A program made the translations under genes and the position numbers. Below, piece by piece: positions 15,917 to 24,307 of a stretch of DNA of 33,047 nt. Source of the stretch: a virus (taxonomy: Duplodnaviria > Caudoviricetes). The notes below the pieces were generated by a model. It was given only the letters and a program-made list of their open reading frames with translations, was not told the DNA's origin and did not search any database. How positions within the stretch are numbered: the first letter of the stretch is position 1; each line of letters opens with the position of its first letter. Location: IMG/VR virus record IMGVR_UViG_3300044296_000036, positions 1-33,047 of that record; one strand, written 5' to 3'.

Positions 15917-16286
15917 AGAAGCCCAAACCATCGCTTGCACTCAGTTGCTGGCAAATGTTGTCACACTGGCTGTGCTTGATGCTTGCCTAAAGCCCGTCAA
16001 ACGCAACGATTCAGCTAGGCACAAAGTCCCCGTCGCTCAAGACAAAGCAATGGATGCAATGATGTTTCTGATGGACGGAGCGCAGCATTACGTCGAAATG
16101 ATTGGCATGGATGGCGAACGGTTCAAAAAGCAACTGATCAAATCCATGTACGACGACACCGACAATTACTTCACCAAGCAAATCACCGGAGAACAACGCC
16201 GCAATTTTCGATTCAATCTTTACTTTTGGCAAAACAACCCTGCACGACGCAGATTCTTACCGGAGGAAGAAGATGAGACTAGCTGA
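15909..16286 (+). CDS. Hypothetical protein
   Basis: AAGGA RBS; overlapping operon arrangement. Confidence 0.7.
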   Translation: MDEEAQTIACTQLLANVVTLAVLDACLKPVKRNDSARHKVPVAQDKAMDAMMFLMDGAQHYVEMIGMDGERFKKQLIKSMYDDTDNYFTKQITGEQRRNFRFNLYFWQNNPARRRFLPEEEDETS

Positions 16287-16536
16287 CGCAATCAACTGGA
16301 TGATGACTTACGACGCACTACAACCCGACTTGATCGACGTATCTAACTGGAGGCCGCACGATCCACGCCGATACGACGAAAAACGGAAAGAGTGCATCAA
16401 GTACCTGCGCGAACGAAACCTTTACATCCTTGATGGCAAGTTCACCCCGACAAAATCTAGTCATACCGATGTTAGCGTTGCCTTTAACCGCGCCCGCCAG
16501 CAGCAGGGGGAAACTTTGATACAGGTGGCAAAATGA
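16273..16536 (+). CDS. Hypothetical protein
   Basis: GGAGG RBS; overlaps neighbours. Confidence 0.7.
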   Translation: MRLADAINWMMTYDALQPDLIDVSNWRPHDPRRYDEKRKECIKYLRERNLYILDGKFTPTKSSHTDVSVAFNRARQQQGETLIQVAK

Positions 16537-16787
16537 AAATGCTTTGCTTTGCAGTCATCATTCTTAGCGGTTGTGCATCGCTTCAGCCTCCCACTACCGT
16601 ACCCGAGGCCATCTCAAGCCTACAAGTGGAAAAAGAAGTCCCGCCGCTGTCCAGGCTTGAAGTCATCAACGGCATTGGTGAGTGCGAGAAGGCCGGTATG
16701 CGCCCCGTAGTCATCAGTACCAAGCGTAAAGTCAACAATCAGCTAGTCCCGTCTGTGGTGGATGTTACATGCCTGCCCAAGCTCTGA
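16533..16787 (+). CDS. Putative lipoprotein
   Basis: Signal peptide with LSGC lipobox. Confidence 0.75.
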   Translation: MKMLCFAVIILSGCASLQPPTTVPEAISSLQVEKEVPPLSRLEVINGIGECEKAGMRPVVISTKRKVNNQLVPSVVDVTCLPKL

Positions 16788-17179
16788 AACCACGCGCCCG
16801 TCAGATCATCGAAGCCATGCGCGAAGTGTTGCGCCGCGACTTGGAAATGACAGGTTTCAACATTGCCGAAGTCTTGAACGAGGATGTTGGCACTATCGGA
16901 AGCTATCTCAACAGCATGGCAAAAGATGAATTAGTGTTCCGAATGGGTCTGCGACTTCAATACAACGGCCGGACGCGCACCAAACACATGCTGTGGAGGC
17001 TTAACCACAAACTTATCAGAAAGCTAGAAAATGAGGAAACAGCGACGATGGCGACTGAAGGAACATCCAGCGCAATGCACGAAATGTCAAGAGATCAAGC
17101 CGCCAACAGAGTTCAACTTGACAAAATACAAAACGCTCTTGTCTTGGTGCAAAGCGTGTCACCGCGCTCTGTGCCTTGA
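16769..17179 (+). CDS. Winged-HTH-like protein
   Basis: MTGFNIAEVLNEDVGTIGSYLNSMAKDELV pattern. Confidence 0.6.
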   Translation: MPAQALKPRARQIIEAMREVLRRDLEMTGFNIAEVLNEDVGTIGSYLNSMAKDELVFRMGLRLQYNGRTRTKHMLWRLNHKLIRKLENEETATMATEGTSSAMHEMSRDQAANRVQLDKIQNALVLVQSVSPRSVP

Positions 17180-17204
17180 TCGTTATCATAGGGGAAAACT
17201 ATGA
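17031..17204 (+). CDS. 57-aa zinc-finger protein, absent from the ORF track
   Basis: Hand translation: ...QCTKCQEIKPPTEFN....LSWCKACHR...; stop overlaps the next ATG. Confidence 0.6.
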   Translation: MRKQRRWRLKEHPAQCTKCQEIKPPTEFNLTKYKTLLSWCKACHRALCLDRYHRGKL

Positions 17205-17371
17205 TTTTCTTTGGCGGCTTGTTTATGATTGTTCTATCGTTTGCTGTGTTCATTGCGTTTTGCGATCCAATCAACGACAAACGAACATGGCTTGAAGATT
17301 CTTGTGCTGCTGTGATGATGATGGGCTTGGGAATCGCTATTATTGGCGCAATCGTATGGGTGGCATCGTGA
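17201..17371 (+). CDS. 56-aa membrane protein with two hydrophobic segments
   Basis: MIFFGGLFMIVLSFAVFIAF...MGLGIAIIGAIVWVAS; 4-nt overlaps on both sides. Confidence 0.6.
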   Translation: MIFFGGLFMIVLSFAVFIAFCDPINDKRTWLEDSCAAVMMMGLGIAIIGAIVWVAS

Positions 17372-17547
17372 AAGACTATTCAGAAAGCATCTTGGAAGTC
17401 GATAGGCTACGCAAGGAAATTCACAATGCCGCGCTTGCTAAACAATGGTGGAAAGCCTCTGCATTGACCAACGATCTTCTTGTGGCCGTTGCTGAATTGA
17501 AAATTGAATTTCACGACCGACAAAAGGAACAAAATGGAAAACTATGA
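17368..17547 (+). CDS. Hypothetical protein (GTG start, MKDYSESIL...)
   Basis: GTGA overlap with upstream stop. Confidence 0.6.
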   Translation: MKDYSESILEVDRLRKEIHNAALAKQWWKASALTNDLLVAVAELKIEFHDRQKEQNGKL

Positions 17548-17704
17548 GCGTTGCAAAGTGTGTGACGTTGCTTTCAAGCCTGGCGATAAAGTGATGTGGT
17601 GCAAAGTCAATTCATGCCCCGAGACTGAACAGCGGGTTATGAGTGAACAGCAATATCGGTGGGTGATGAAGAAAAAAGCCGCGCCTCATCAGTTCGACGC
17701 TTGA
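17534..17704 (+). CDS. Small Cys-containing hypothetical protein
   Basis: AAGGA RBS; CxxC...C....C; 3' end overlaps the lysozyme gene convergently. Confidence 0.55.
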   Translation: MENYERCKVCDVAFKPGDKVMWCKVNSCPETEQRVMSEQQYRWVMKKKAAPHQFDA

Positions 17705-18137
17705 CCAACCCTGGCAGGACTTTGCCCCCTGCCTTGGTGAATTTCATAAACTCAGCCGCAGCCGCTTGATAATCCCTCCGCAAAACCTTCTGACGGAGGG
17801 TGCTGCGCTGTAGTGTTCCCAAACCAAGATTGAAAGCAAAGCAGACGAGAGCATCAAATTTGCTTTGGGTAAGCTCGCCGCAATACTGGGTAACGCCGCG
17901 TTCAAATCGAGCCAAATCGCTAGCAAGAATTGCATAAACCTCCTCTTTGCTCCACACGCGATTATCTTCGGGATGTAAGTCTACTTTCAGCCGATCAGCC
18001 ATTGGTAACTTAGCTTGATCGGGATACATGACATGCCCGATACCAATAGTCCACAAATTCGCAGGGCATCGGTAAGGCTTGTAACGCACGCCCTCGTGGT
18101 GTTCGATCATCTTGAGGCACAGCGGCGAAACTTTCAT
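17637..18137 (-). CDS. Endolysin, GH24 lysozyme
   Basis: HEG.R..PY.CPA..WTIG.GH, FDALV.FAFNLG.G.L..STL, GLVKRR. Confidence 0.95.
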   Translation of the reverse strand: MKVSPLCLKMIEHHEGVRYKPYRCPANLWTIGIGHVMYPDQAKLPMADRLKVDLHPEDNRVWSKEEVYAILASDLARFERGVTQYCGELTQSKFDALVCFAFNLGLGTLQRSTLRQKVLRRDYQAAAAEFMKFTKAGGKVLPGLVKRRTDEARLFSSSPTDIAVHS

Positions 18138-18658
18138 CGCTTGAATGCCTGGCCACCGAAATAGAAAGCAATGATGCTGCTGAAAATGATCTGTGAATCG
18201 TCATCCCACAAGTTGTTCAGCGCCACATCAAACGCCACGCCCGTCTTGAAGGCGTACAGGAAGCCAAATACATCAACGAACACTAGCAGCAAAAACATGC
18301 CGTAGGCGATGCCAGGACGCACCATAGCGCGAGCGTTGACCACCCATTGACTAGCACCCTTGGCGCTGTCCGTATCGTGCTGTAGAAGGGCGATTTTCTC
18401 GGTTACAGCGACTTGCTGAGACTGAACAGCCAGTTCTTCAGTCCGGCTTTGCGCTTGCACCTTGATCTGCTCGGTCTTGATTTCCTCAATCTGCTTTTCA
18501 AGCTCAAAACCCGCTTTCTTTAGCTCCAGTTCGCGCTCAATCTGCATCTGCGCCAAAGCAATCTCGTGTTTCTTGTCGGCGCGGTCTTGGAAGAACGATA
18601 GGATCGACGGCAAACCGCCCATCAGGAATGAAAGCGAACTTGAGATAAGAGATAGCAT
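18134..18658 (-). CDS. Putative holin-like membrane protein
   Basis: N-terminal hydrophobic segment, coiled coil, then WV...RAMVRP-TM-TM-FYFG.. pattern; adjacent to the endolysin. Confidence 0.6.
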   Translation of the reverse strand: MLSLISSSLSFLMGGLPSILSFFQDRADKKHEIALAQMQIERELELKKAGFELEKQIEEIKTEQIKVQAQSRTEELAVQSQQVAVTEKIALLQHDTDSAKGASQWVVNARAMVRPGIAYGMFLLLVFVDVFGFLYAFKTGVAFDVALNNLWDDDSQIIFSSIIAFYFGGQAFKR

Positions 18659-18659
18659 T

Positions 18660-19193
18660 TCAGCCTCTATAATAGATTGCAACGAATACGATGATGCCGC
18701 CGATGCCGAGAACAACAAATATTCCCGCAGTCATCATGGCTTGCTCAAATTCTTCTTTTTTCCTTGCAGCGCGATCTTTGGCTAACCTTGCTTTACGGAT
18801 AGCCTCTCGATTTGCCTCGTCTTGCTCGCCGCTGATTCTGTCTCGTTCTGCACACAGTTCGGCATACAAATCCATTTCGCCCTTGAGAGCGAACATATCG
18901 CGCAATTCGCGCTCAAACTCCCTCGCCTGCTTGCGCTGCATGACGATGGTAAAAGCCTGCGACAGTGCAGATTCTTGCGCTGCGGCTTCCTTCGGATCAT
19001 CAGATTTTGGCGCTGTTTTTGCCGCCTCGACCTGCTTGGCGGCTTTCTCAATCTGACCTTGTGCGGTGAAAAACTTGGATAGCTCTCCGTAACAATCACG
19101 GATTTCCTTGCCCATGTTGATCGCCTCTTTAACAAAGGCGACCGACGTTTTAGCTACGGCAAACGCTGCTCCAATCGTTACGGGGTCGATCAT
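18660..19193 (-). CDS. Coiled-coil protein with C-terminal transmembrane helix
   Basis: MIDPVTI.. start; hydrophobic C-terminus; lysis region. Confidence 0.7.
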   Translation of the reverse strand: MIDPVTIGAAFAVAKTSVAFVKEAINMGKEIRDCYGELSKFFTAQGQIEKAAKQVEAAKTAPKSDDPKEAAAQESALSQAFTIVMQRKQAREFERELRDMFALKGEMDLYAELCAERDRISGEQDEANREAIRKARLAKDRAARKKEEFEQAMMTAGIFVVLGIGGIIVFVAIYYRG

Positions 19194-19197
19194 TCAT

Positions 19198-19362
19198 TTA
19201 GCCCCCTGTTTTTGTCACTATATGCAGCAACAAAAGAATGATTGCGCCAGCGCAAGCCAGCAAAATAGATTCAAGCCGCTTGATGCGAAGGATGGATTCT
19301 TTCCACCGCTCAGCACATACGGCCTCATGGGCTAGAAATTTCGCAGCAAGATCAGGTTCCAT
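19198..19362 (-). CDS. Small membrane protein (HEAVCAER type), lysis region
   Basis: HEAVCAERW....RIKRLE followed by a TM helix. Confidence 0.7.
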   Translation of the reverse strand: MEPDLAAKFLAHEAVCAERWKESILRIKRLESILLACAGAIILLLLHIVTKTGG

Positions 19363-19552
19363 TGATCTTCCCCATAATTTCGTCAATCGTTTCTTGCACT
19401 TCCCAGGAGTTGCCATTCATGCCAAATGCAACGGTGACTTTTGTGCCGTCCTCTTGCGTGTTCTCAAAAAACGACATTATCGCCTCGGCATTCAGGATCA
19501 AACCTTCACCGATACGGCCTTTGGTAGCATTGGTCAAACGAATGAGCTTCAT
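19352..19552 (-). CDS. Hypothetical protein
   Basis: ORF overlapping neighbours. Confidence 0.65.
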   Translation of the reverse strand: MKLIRLTNATKGRIGEGLILNAEAIMSFFENTQEDGTKVTVAFGMNGNSWEVQETIDEIMGKINGT

Positions 19553-19908
19553 ACTTGCTCAACCCAAGAAATCGTGGCCTCATCCCACGAATACCGCTTG
19601 TCGTCCGTCGGCATCGGAACCGGAGCATTCCACAAACAGGTATCCTCATTCAGCACCCATGACGGATATGGCTGCGGCGGGATAAACGCATCGCGCTGTG
19701 CATCGTAGGTGTAGCCAAGACCCGCGTAATTTTTGCGGAATGGAGTACCGCCTAGAGCGTGAACACCGCCGTGCGTGTTGTAGCTGGTCTGCTTGTAAAC
19801 GTCACCAGTACGGGCGGTCAGTTCGTCCTCTTTGCCGTTGTCCTCATCCCTGCCAACCACAACGAAGTCAACAATGTTGTTTGAATCTAAGCGAGCAAAA
19901 TGCGCCAT
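19549..19908 (-). CDS. Tail-fibre-associated protein
   Basis: MAHFA...QTSYNT...FRKNYAG.GYTYD..RDAFIPPQPYPSW motif, downstream of a Gly-rich fibre gene. Confidence 0.75.
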   Translation of the reverse strand: MAHFARLDSNNIVDFVVVGRDEDNGKEDELTARTGDVYKQTSYNTHGGVHALGGTPFRKNYAGLGYTYDAQRDAFIPPQPYPSWVLNEDTCLWNAPVPMPTDDKRYSWDEATISWVEQV

Positions 19909-19916
19909 GATTTTTC

Positions 19917-20765
19917 CTATGCAAACGAAACGGTTTCGCTAGTTGTCGATGTAGCGGTAACAGTATAAATTTTGTACCCGCCGCTGGTCGTAGAGGTCTG
20001 CGTCACGCCACCGGAGAATGTTGCGGTGTAGGTGCTAGGAATCTTGATGATGACAACACCTGAGCCGCCAGCGCCGCCAGTGCCGGAAGAAGAAACCGCA
20101 CCAGCGCCGCCGCCACCGCCACCAGTATTTGCTGTGCCGGATGTTGCTGTGCCGGAAGCTGATCCTGCGCCGCCGCCGCCAGTACCGCCAGTTCCCGGAT
20201 TTCTTCCGCCACCGCCACCGCCGCCAGCACGAGTTACAGATGAACCAGTAATTGATGATGCAGTGCCATTCCCGCCATTTTGACTAGATGCTGTTGCACT
20301 TGCGCCACCACCGCCGCCACCTTGCGTATCGTTTCCACCTCCAGCAGCACCATTGCTGCCTTGACTTGGAGTTGTGGATGGCGTGTTACCTGATCCAGCA
20401 GTTCCGCCAGCGGCATAACCACCACCGCCTGAGCCTCCGCTACTTGCTTGCCCGCCTGTATCACTTCCACCTTTGCCACCACCCGTTGATGTATTTGTGG
20501 AAAATACGGAATTTGAACCGCTTGTCGGGGCGCTTGTTCTAGCTACTGCGCCAACACCACCGGCGCCAATTGTGACGGTGTATGCAGTGCCAAAACTTAA
20601 AATTTGACTAGTAAATTCTCTATATCCACCAGCGCCACCACCACCCCCGTAATTAGTGCCCGTGAGAACCTCGGCCCCACCACCACCACCCCCTGCTACA
20701 ACAAGGTAGTCAGCAATAATTCCAGCAGCGCCACCAGCAAGGAAAAAATTTTTAGCTGCGAACAT
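19917..20765 (-). CDS. Glycine-rich tail-fibre tip/adhesin protein
   Basis: YLVVAGGGGG...GGSGGGG...ANTGGGGGG...GGSGVVII polyglycine motifs. Confidence 0.8.
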   Translation of the reverse strand: MFAAKNFFLAGGAAGIIADYLVVAGGGGGGAEVLTGTNYGGGGGAGGYREFTSQILSFGTAYTVTIGAGGVGAVARTSAPTSGSNSVFSTNTSTGGGKGGSDTGGQASSGGSGGGGYAAGGTAGSGNTPSTTPSQGSNGAAGGGNDTQGGGGGGASATASSQNGGNGTASSITGSSVTRAGGGGGGGRNPGTGGTGGGGAGSASGTATSGTANTGGGGGGAGAVSSSGTGGAGGSGVVIIKIPSTYTATFSGGVTQTSTTSGGYKIYTVTATSTTSETVSFA

Positions 20766-21766
20766 TATGGTGTGTATCCTTGAGCGATGCTGCCGTACCA
20801 GTTCGTTCCGTCAGCGATGAAGGTCAGAATGTCCATTTTTCCAGCAGTTGCCGTGATTGTCGGAGCGCCTGAAGTGCCCCACTTTACGCCCGTAAACGTC
20901 GCCGTTCCATTGCCTGTTGAAGCTGCTTGCTTGAGCAATAGAACAAACGATTTGCCAGCCGTAGCAGTCGGCATCGTGAACGTGCAAGCCGTGGAAGCGG
21001 TTAACGTAGCGGTTTGAACCGTTCCATTAGTCAGCGCGATAGTGTTGGACGATGTAACCGTTCCAATTGCGACAACGCTTTCGACATAGTTTGTCACAGT
21101 CGGGTTAGTAACAGTCGGGGTCGCAATCGTCGGGCTAGTATCTAGCACCATTTTGCCAGTACCCGTTACTGCGCCGGTAAGCGTCACGCCGCCATAGGTC
21201 AACGTCCCGCCGATAGTCTCATTGCCCGAGACATTCAGATTCGTAAAGCTGTTACCGTTCAGCAGTTGGAATCGAGTGCCGTCATACTCAATCAGCACCA
21301 CTTGGCCAGCAACCATGTCACCAGCAACTAGCGCAGTTGATCCTGTGCGTGTGATTGACTTAGACCCAACGCCGTCAATGTTGATCGTCACCGCGCCGGT
21401 ATTGGTATTGGCTACAACAAACGAGAACTGATTGCCCGCAGCGTATGCAGTAAGCGCAGGAGTCATTGAGCCAGTAAGGGTATCCGTACCCGATACAGTC
21501 ACTAGCTTGTCTGTGCCACCTTGTATTTGCGAATACCTGGCGGCATCAGTCCCAACAGTCGCAGCGCCCAAGCCGGTAATTTTGAAGCCGGACATGGGAA
21601 TATTGGCTGTGACAGTCGTTTGACCGTCTTTAGTGATTGCGGTACTCAGACCGTTCGCCAAATCCGCAGTTAGCGCATTAAACGCCGTCGAGGAAATGAC
21701 TGTGCCCGCTACAACGGGCTGCCCCGCTGTATTGATTTGGAATGTCCCGCTGCCATTGTAGCTCAA
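20765..21766 (-). CDS. Tail fibre protein (333 aa; proposed TTG start, MSYNGSGTF...)
   Basis: GGAG 8 nt upstream of the TTG; Thr/Gly-rich beta repeats; C-terminal KWG..GAPTIT...DILTF..DGTNWYG domain. Confidence 0.8.
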   Translation of the reverse strand: MSYNGSGTFQINTAGQPVVAGTVISSTAFNALTADLANGLSTAITKDGQTTVTANIPMSGFKITGLGAATVGTDAARYSQIQGGTDKLVTVSGTDTLTGSMTPALTAYAAGNQFSFVVANTNTGAVTINIDGVGSKSITRTGSTALVAGDMVAGQVVLIEYDGTRFQLLNGNSFTNLNVSGNETIGGTLTYGGVTLTGAVTGTGKMVLDTSPTIATPTVTNPTVTNYVESVVAIGTVTSSNTIALTNGTVQTATLTASTACTFTMPTATAGKSFVLLLKQAASTGNGTATFTGVKWGTSGAPTITATAGKMDILTFIADGTNWYGSIAQGYTP

Positions 21767-21819
21767 AGTTGCATCTCCCATGAAAAAGGCATAAACTGTC
21801 GTTTTGACAGGAGATGCCA

Positions 21820-22377
21820 ATGACTTACCAAGTCAACAAAGTTATCCCATGTTCCCAATGCGGAAAGCCTTCCATAGCGCGTCATTTATGCCGCTCCCAT
21901 TACAACGAAGCATGGCGCAATAAGGAATTGTCTCAGCATTCGGGAATTACTGTTTACGAATCGTTTGATGCCAAAGTCAAAAAAACTACCGGTTGTTGGC
22001 TTTGGACTGGAACAAAAAATGGCAATGGATACGGCATAGTTTTGATTGGTGGCAAAGGTATTCGCGCTCACAGATTTTCTTATGAAAGATTTGTTGGCAA
22101 AATACCTGACGGCAAAATAATTATGCACAAATGCGATACCCCTGCTTGCGTAAATCCCAAGCATTTGCAAGTAGGAACTAAAGCTGAAAACAATGCTGAT
22201 ACCGCAAAAAAAAGACGACACAATTACGGGCTTAACCATTGGAATGGTCGCCTTTCGACGCAAGATATTGATGCAATTCGACAAAGCAATGAAGTGCATC
22301 GAATTCTTGCCGAACATTATGGTGTTAATCAAAGCCATATTAGTCGAATCAAATCAGGAGAAGCGCACAAAAAATAG
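21820..22377 (+). CDS. Free-standing HNH homing endonuclease, antisense to the structural operon
   Basis: Zn finger, CWLWTG..GYG..RAHR.SY..HKCDTPACVNPKHL..GT..EN..D core, C-terminal HTH; AT-rich; GGAG 6 nt before ATG 21820. Confidence 0.92.
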   Translation: MTYQVNKVIPCSQCGKPSIARHLCRSHYNEAWRNKELSQHSGITVYESFDAKVKKTTGCWLWTGTKNGNGYGIVLIGGKGIRAHRFSYERFVGKIPDGKIIMHKCDTPACVNPKHLQVGTKAENNADTAKKRRHNYGLNHWNGRLSTQDIDAIRQSNEVHRILAEHYGVNQSHISRIKSGEAHKK

Positions 22378-22378
22378 C

Positions 22379-24307
22379 TCATTGTTGTGCCCCTTGCGTA
22401 GTTGCTTGCCCTGTTGCTGCGCCTGTCATACCTGCACGCCTTGCGCGTTGTGCGTTAATTTGCTGGATGAATCTGTCAAGGTCTTGCAATTCCATTTTTG
22501 CTGCCGGCCCTTGCTTCATTAACAGTTCTGCAAGTTTGTTGCGCGTTGATTCGGGCATTTGCCTAGCAGACAATGCATTGCCAAAGTTCTGCATAGCGCC
22601 CATTAGGTTACCGCGACTTACATCCATTGCCCCGCGCCCTATGTCACCTGCTGCGCCTAGTTCTTCTGCCGCTGCGAGTCGTGATGCTGTTTGCGATCCT
22701 CGCCCAACACTTTCCATCTGCTTTAGTTTGCCTTCTTTTGCAATTTCAGCAGAAAACCGTCGGAAATCATCACCAAATGCCATGCGTAGCGGTTCGCTTG
22801 TCTTGGATTCTTTCCACATCTTCAACAAAGTAGTTTGCCCGCCCTCCGTGCCTGCTTTGTCGCGGATTGCTTGAATTGTTCCAAGCCTAAAAGCCTCAAG
22901 TTCGCTAGGAGACATTCCCTTAATGATTGAAGGCAAGTCCACCACATCCTCGCGGAATATCTCTCGACCACGCTGCAATGCTGCTTGTGCTTCAGCAGGG
23001 CCAGCAAATGCATCACGCGCCATCTTATAGATTGAATTGCCGTTTTTGTCTTTTGGCGACAATTCGTCAAGTTTGCGCGTCAATTCGTTACGAAGATTGT
23101 CTGTCGCTCGACTTTCTGCTGTGGCTTTAAAATTAACCTTTTCTTTTTCGCCAATAGTCCACAATGCTTTTTTCAGCGTGTCTAACGCTTCAAACGATAA
23201 ATCATCGCCTGCTTTAATTTTTGACAAATCAAGCGGAGTTTTTCCTTCTCTGCGAGCTAAATCTTGCGCGGCTTTCCATGCGTCCGGTGCGCGTTGAATC
23301 AATTTTTCTAGACTGTCATCCACCCGAATCGACATTCCGCGCAGTTGCTCGTACAACGGCGCAGCCTTCGCAGCTTGCTCTGCAATAAACGCATCTTCGG
23401 TTGCCTTGAAACCTTTGCTTAACCCTGTGGCTTCTTCTGCCGCACCAACAATCCTGCTTGGTCGTCCGGCTTGACGCTCACGAATTGCCCGTTCCATTGT
23501 TTCTTTAGCCTTACCAGGAAGGGTCGCCAACACATCAGCTAGGCGGGTCGTACTCTGACCACCTATATCGGCTATTCGCGCCTCAGGCCCTAGCGTTTCA
23601 AGCCTTGCCATGCCTCTAGTTGCAGGCGTGCTAAGTGATCCCGGCTGTTCAAATACTGAACCCCGAGGCACATCCCTAAACAACGCTTCAGCAAGCCGCA
23701 TCCTTGCAGCATCTTGTGCTGCCGGAGGCAACATCCGCTGCGCGATCTGACCGCCGACAGCGCCTAACATTCCCCCTGTAGCTTGACCTGCTGCACCCAA
23801 ACCGCCGCCCAATGCTGCACCTTGCGCTACATCGCTAACCATTCCGCTTACATCTTTGGCTGTGGATTCTCCCAAACCACCAGCCGCGCCAGTAATTGCG
23901 CCGCCCTTTAAGGCTTGAGCAATCCGCGCCGCGGGGGTCATCATGGTAGCCGCTTGCGTTGCAGCACCTAGCGGAATCATTGCCGTAGGCGCTGCCGTCA
24001 TGCCTCGCGTGATAGCGCCGGTAATCGGATATTCCTTGCCAAATTGTTCAGTCATGCCGCGAACATAATCACGGGCGGCTTGGTAACGCTCGCCCATAGA
24101 TTTGTCACTGAATGGCGCACCAAATGCTGCTGCACCTGCGCCCGCAAGTTCGTCAAGAAAGCCAAATGTCGGCCCTTGCAAAGCGTTAACCGCCCCTGCA
24201 ATTGATGAACCTCCCGGCGCATTGATTGCTTCGCGCCCTGCACGCGTTGAGGGAGATTCTTCCCTGTCTGCGCTAGTCACTAATACAAAACCTTCCGGCA
24301 AAGGCAT
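22379..24307 (-). CDS. Internal virion/DNA ejection protein
   Basis: Large Ala/Gly-rich helical protein with GPTFGFLDELAG motif; third gene of the ejection block. Confidence 0.75.
   Translation of the reverse strand: MPLPEGFVLVTSADREESPSTRAGREAINAPGGSSIAGAVNALQGPTFGFLDELAGAGAAAFGAPFSDKSMGERYQAARDYVRGMTEQFGKEYPITGAITRGMTAAPTAMIPLGAATQAATMMTPAARIAQALKGGAITGAAGGLGESTAKDVSGMVSDVAQGAALGGGLGAAGQATGGMLGAVGGQIAQRMLPPAAQDAARMRLAEALFRDVPRGSVFEQPGSLSTPATRGMARLETLGPEARIADIGGQSTTRLADVLATLPGKAKETMERAIRERQAGRPSRIVGAAEEATGLSKGFKATEDAFIAEQAAKAAPLYEQLRGMSIRVDDSLEKLIQRAPDAWKAAQDLARREGKTPLDLSKIKAGDDLSFEALDTLKKALWTIGEKEKVNFKATAESRATDNLRNELTRKLDELSPKDKNGNSIYKMARDAFAGPAEAQAALQRGREIFREDVVDLPSIIKGMSPSELEAFRLGTIQAIRDKAGTEGGQTTLLKMWKESKTSEPLRMAFGDDFRRFSAEIAKEGKLKQMESVGRGSQTASRLAAAEELGAAGDIGRGAMDVSRGNLMGAMQNFGNALSARQMPESTRNKLAELLMKQGPAAKMELQDLDRFIQQINAQRARRAGMTGAATGQATTQGAQQ

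Noticed and set aside
19917-20765. GGC/GGT-rich low-complexity repeats and Pro-rich antisense ORFs
   Set aside because: Explained by polyglycine coding in the fibre adhesin. No reverse transcriptase or TR/VR pair was seen, so this is not a diversity-generating retroelement.
21759-22381. HNH insertion considered as a spliced intron in the tail-fibre gene
   Set aside because: The ORF fills nearly the whole insert in antisense, no P7 or other ribozyme core is visible, and a replacement RBS and start codon make splicing unnecessary
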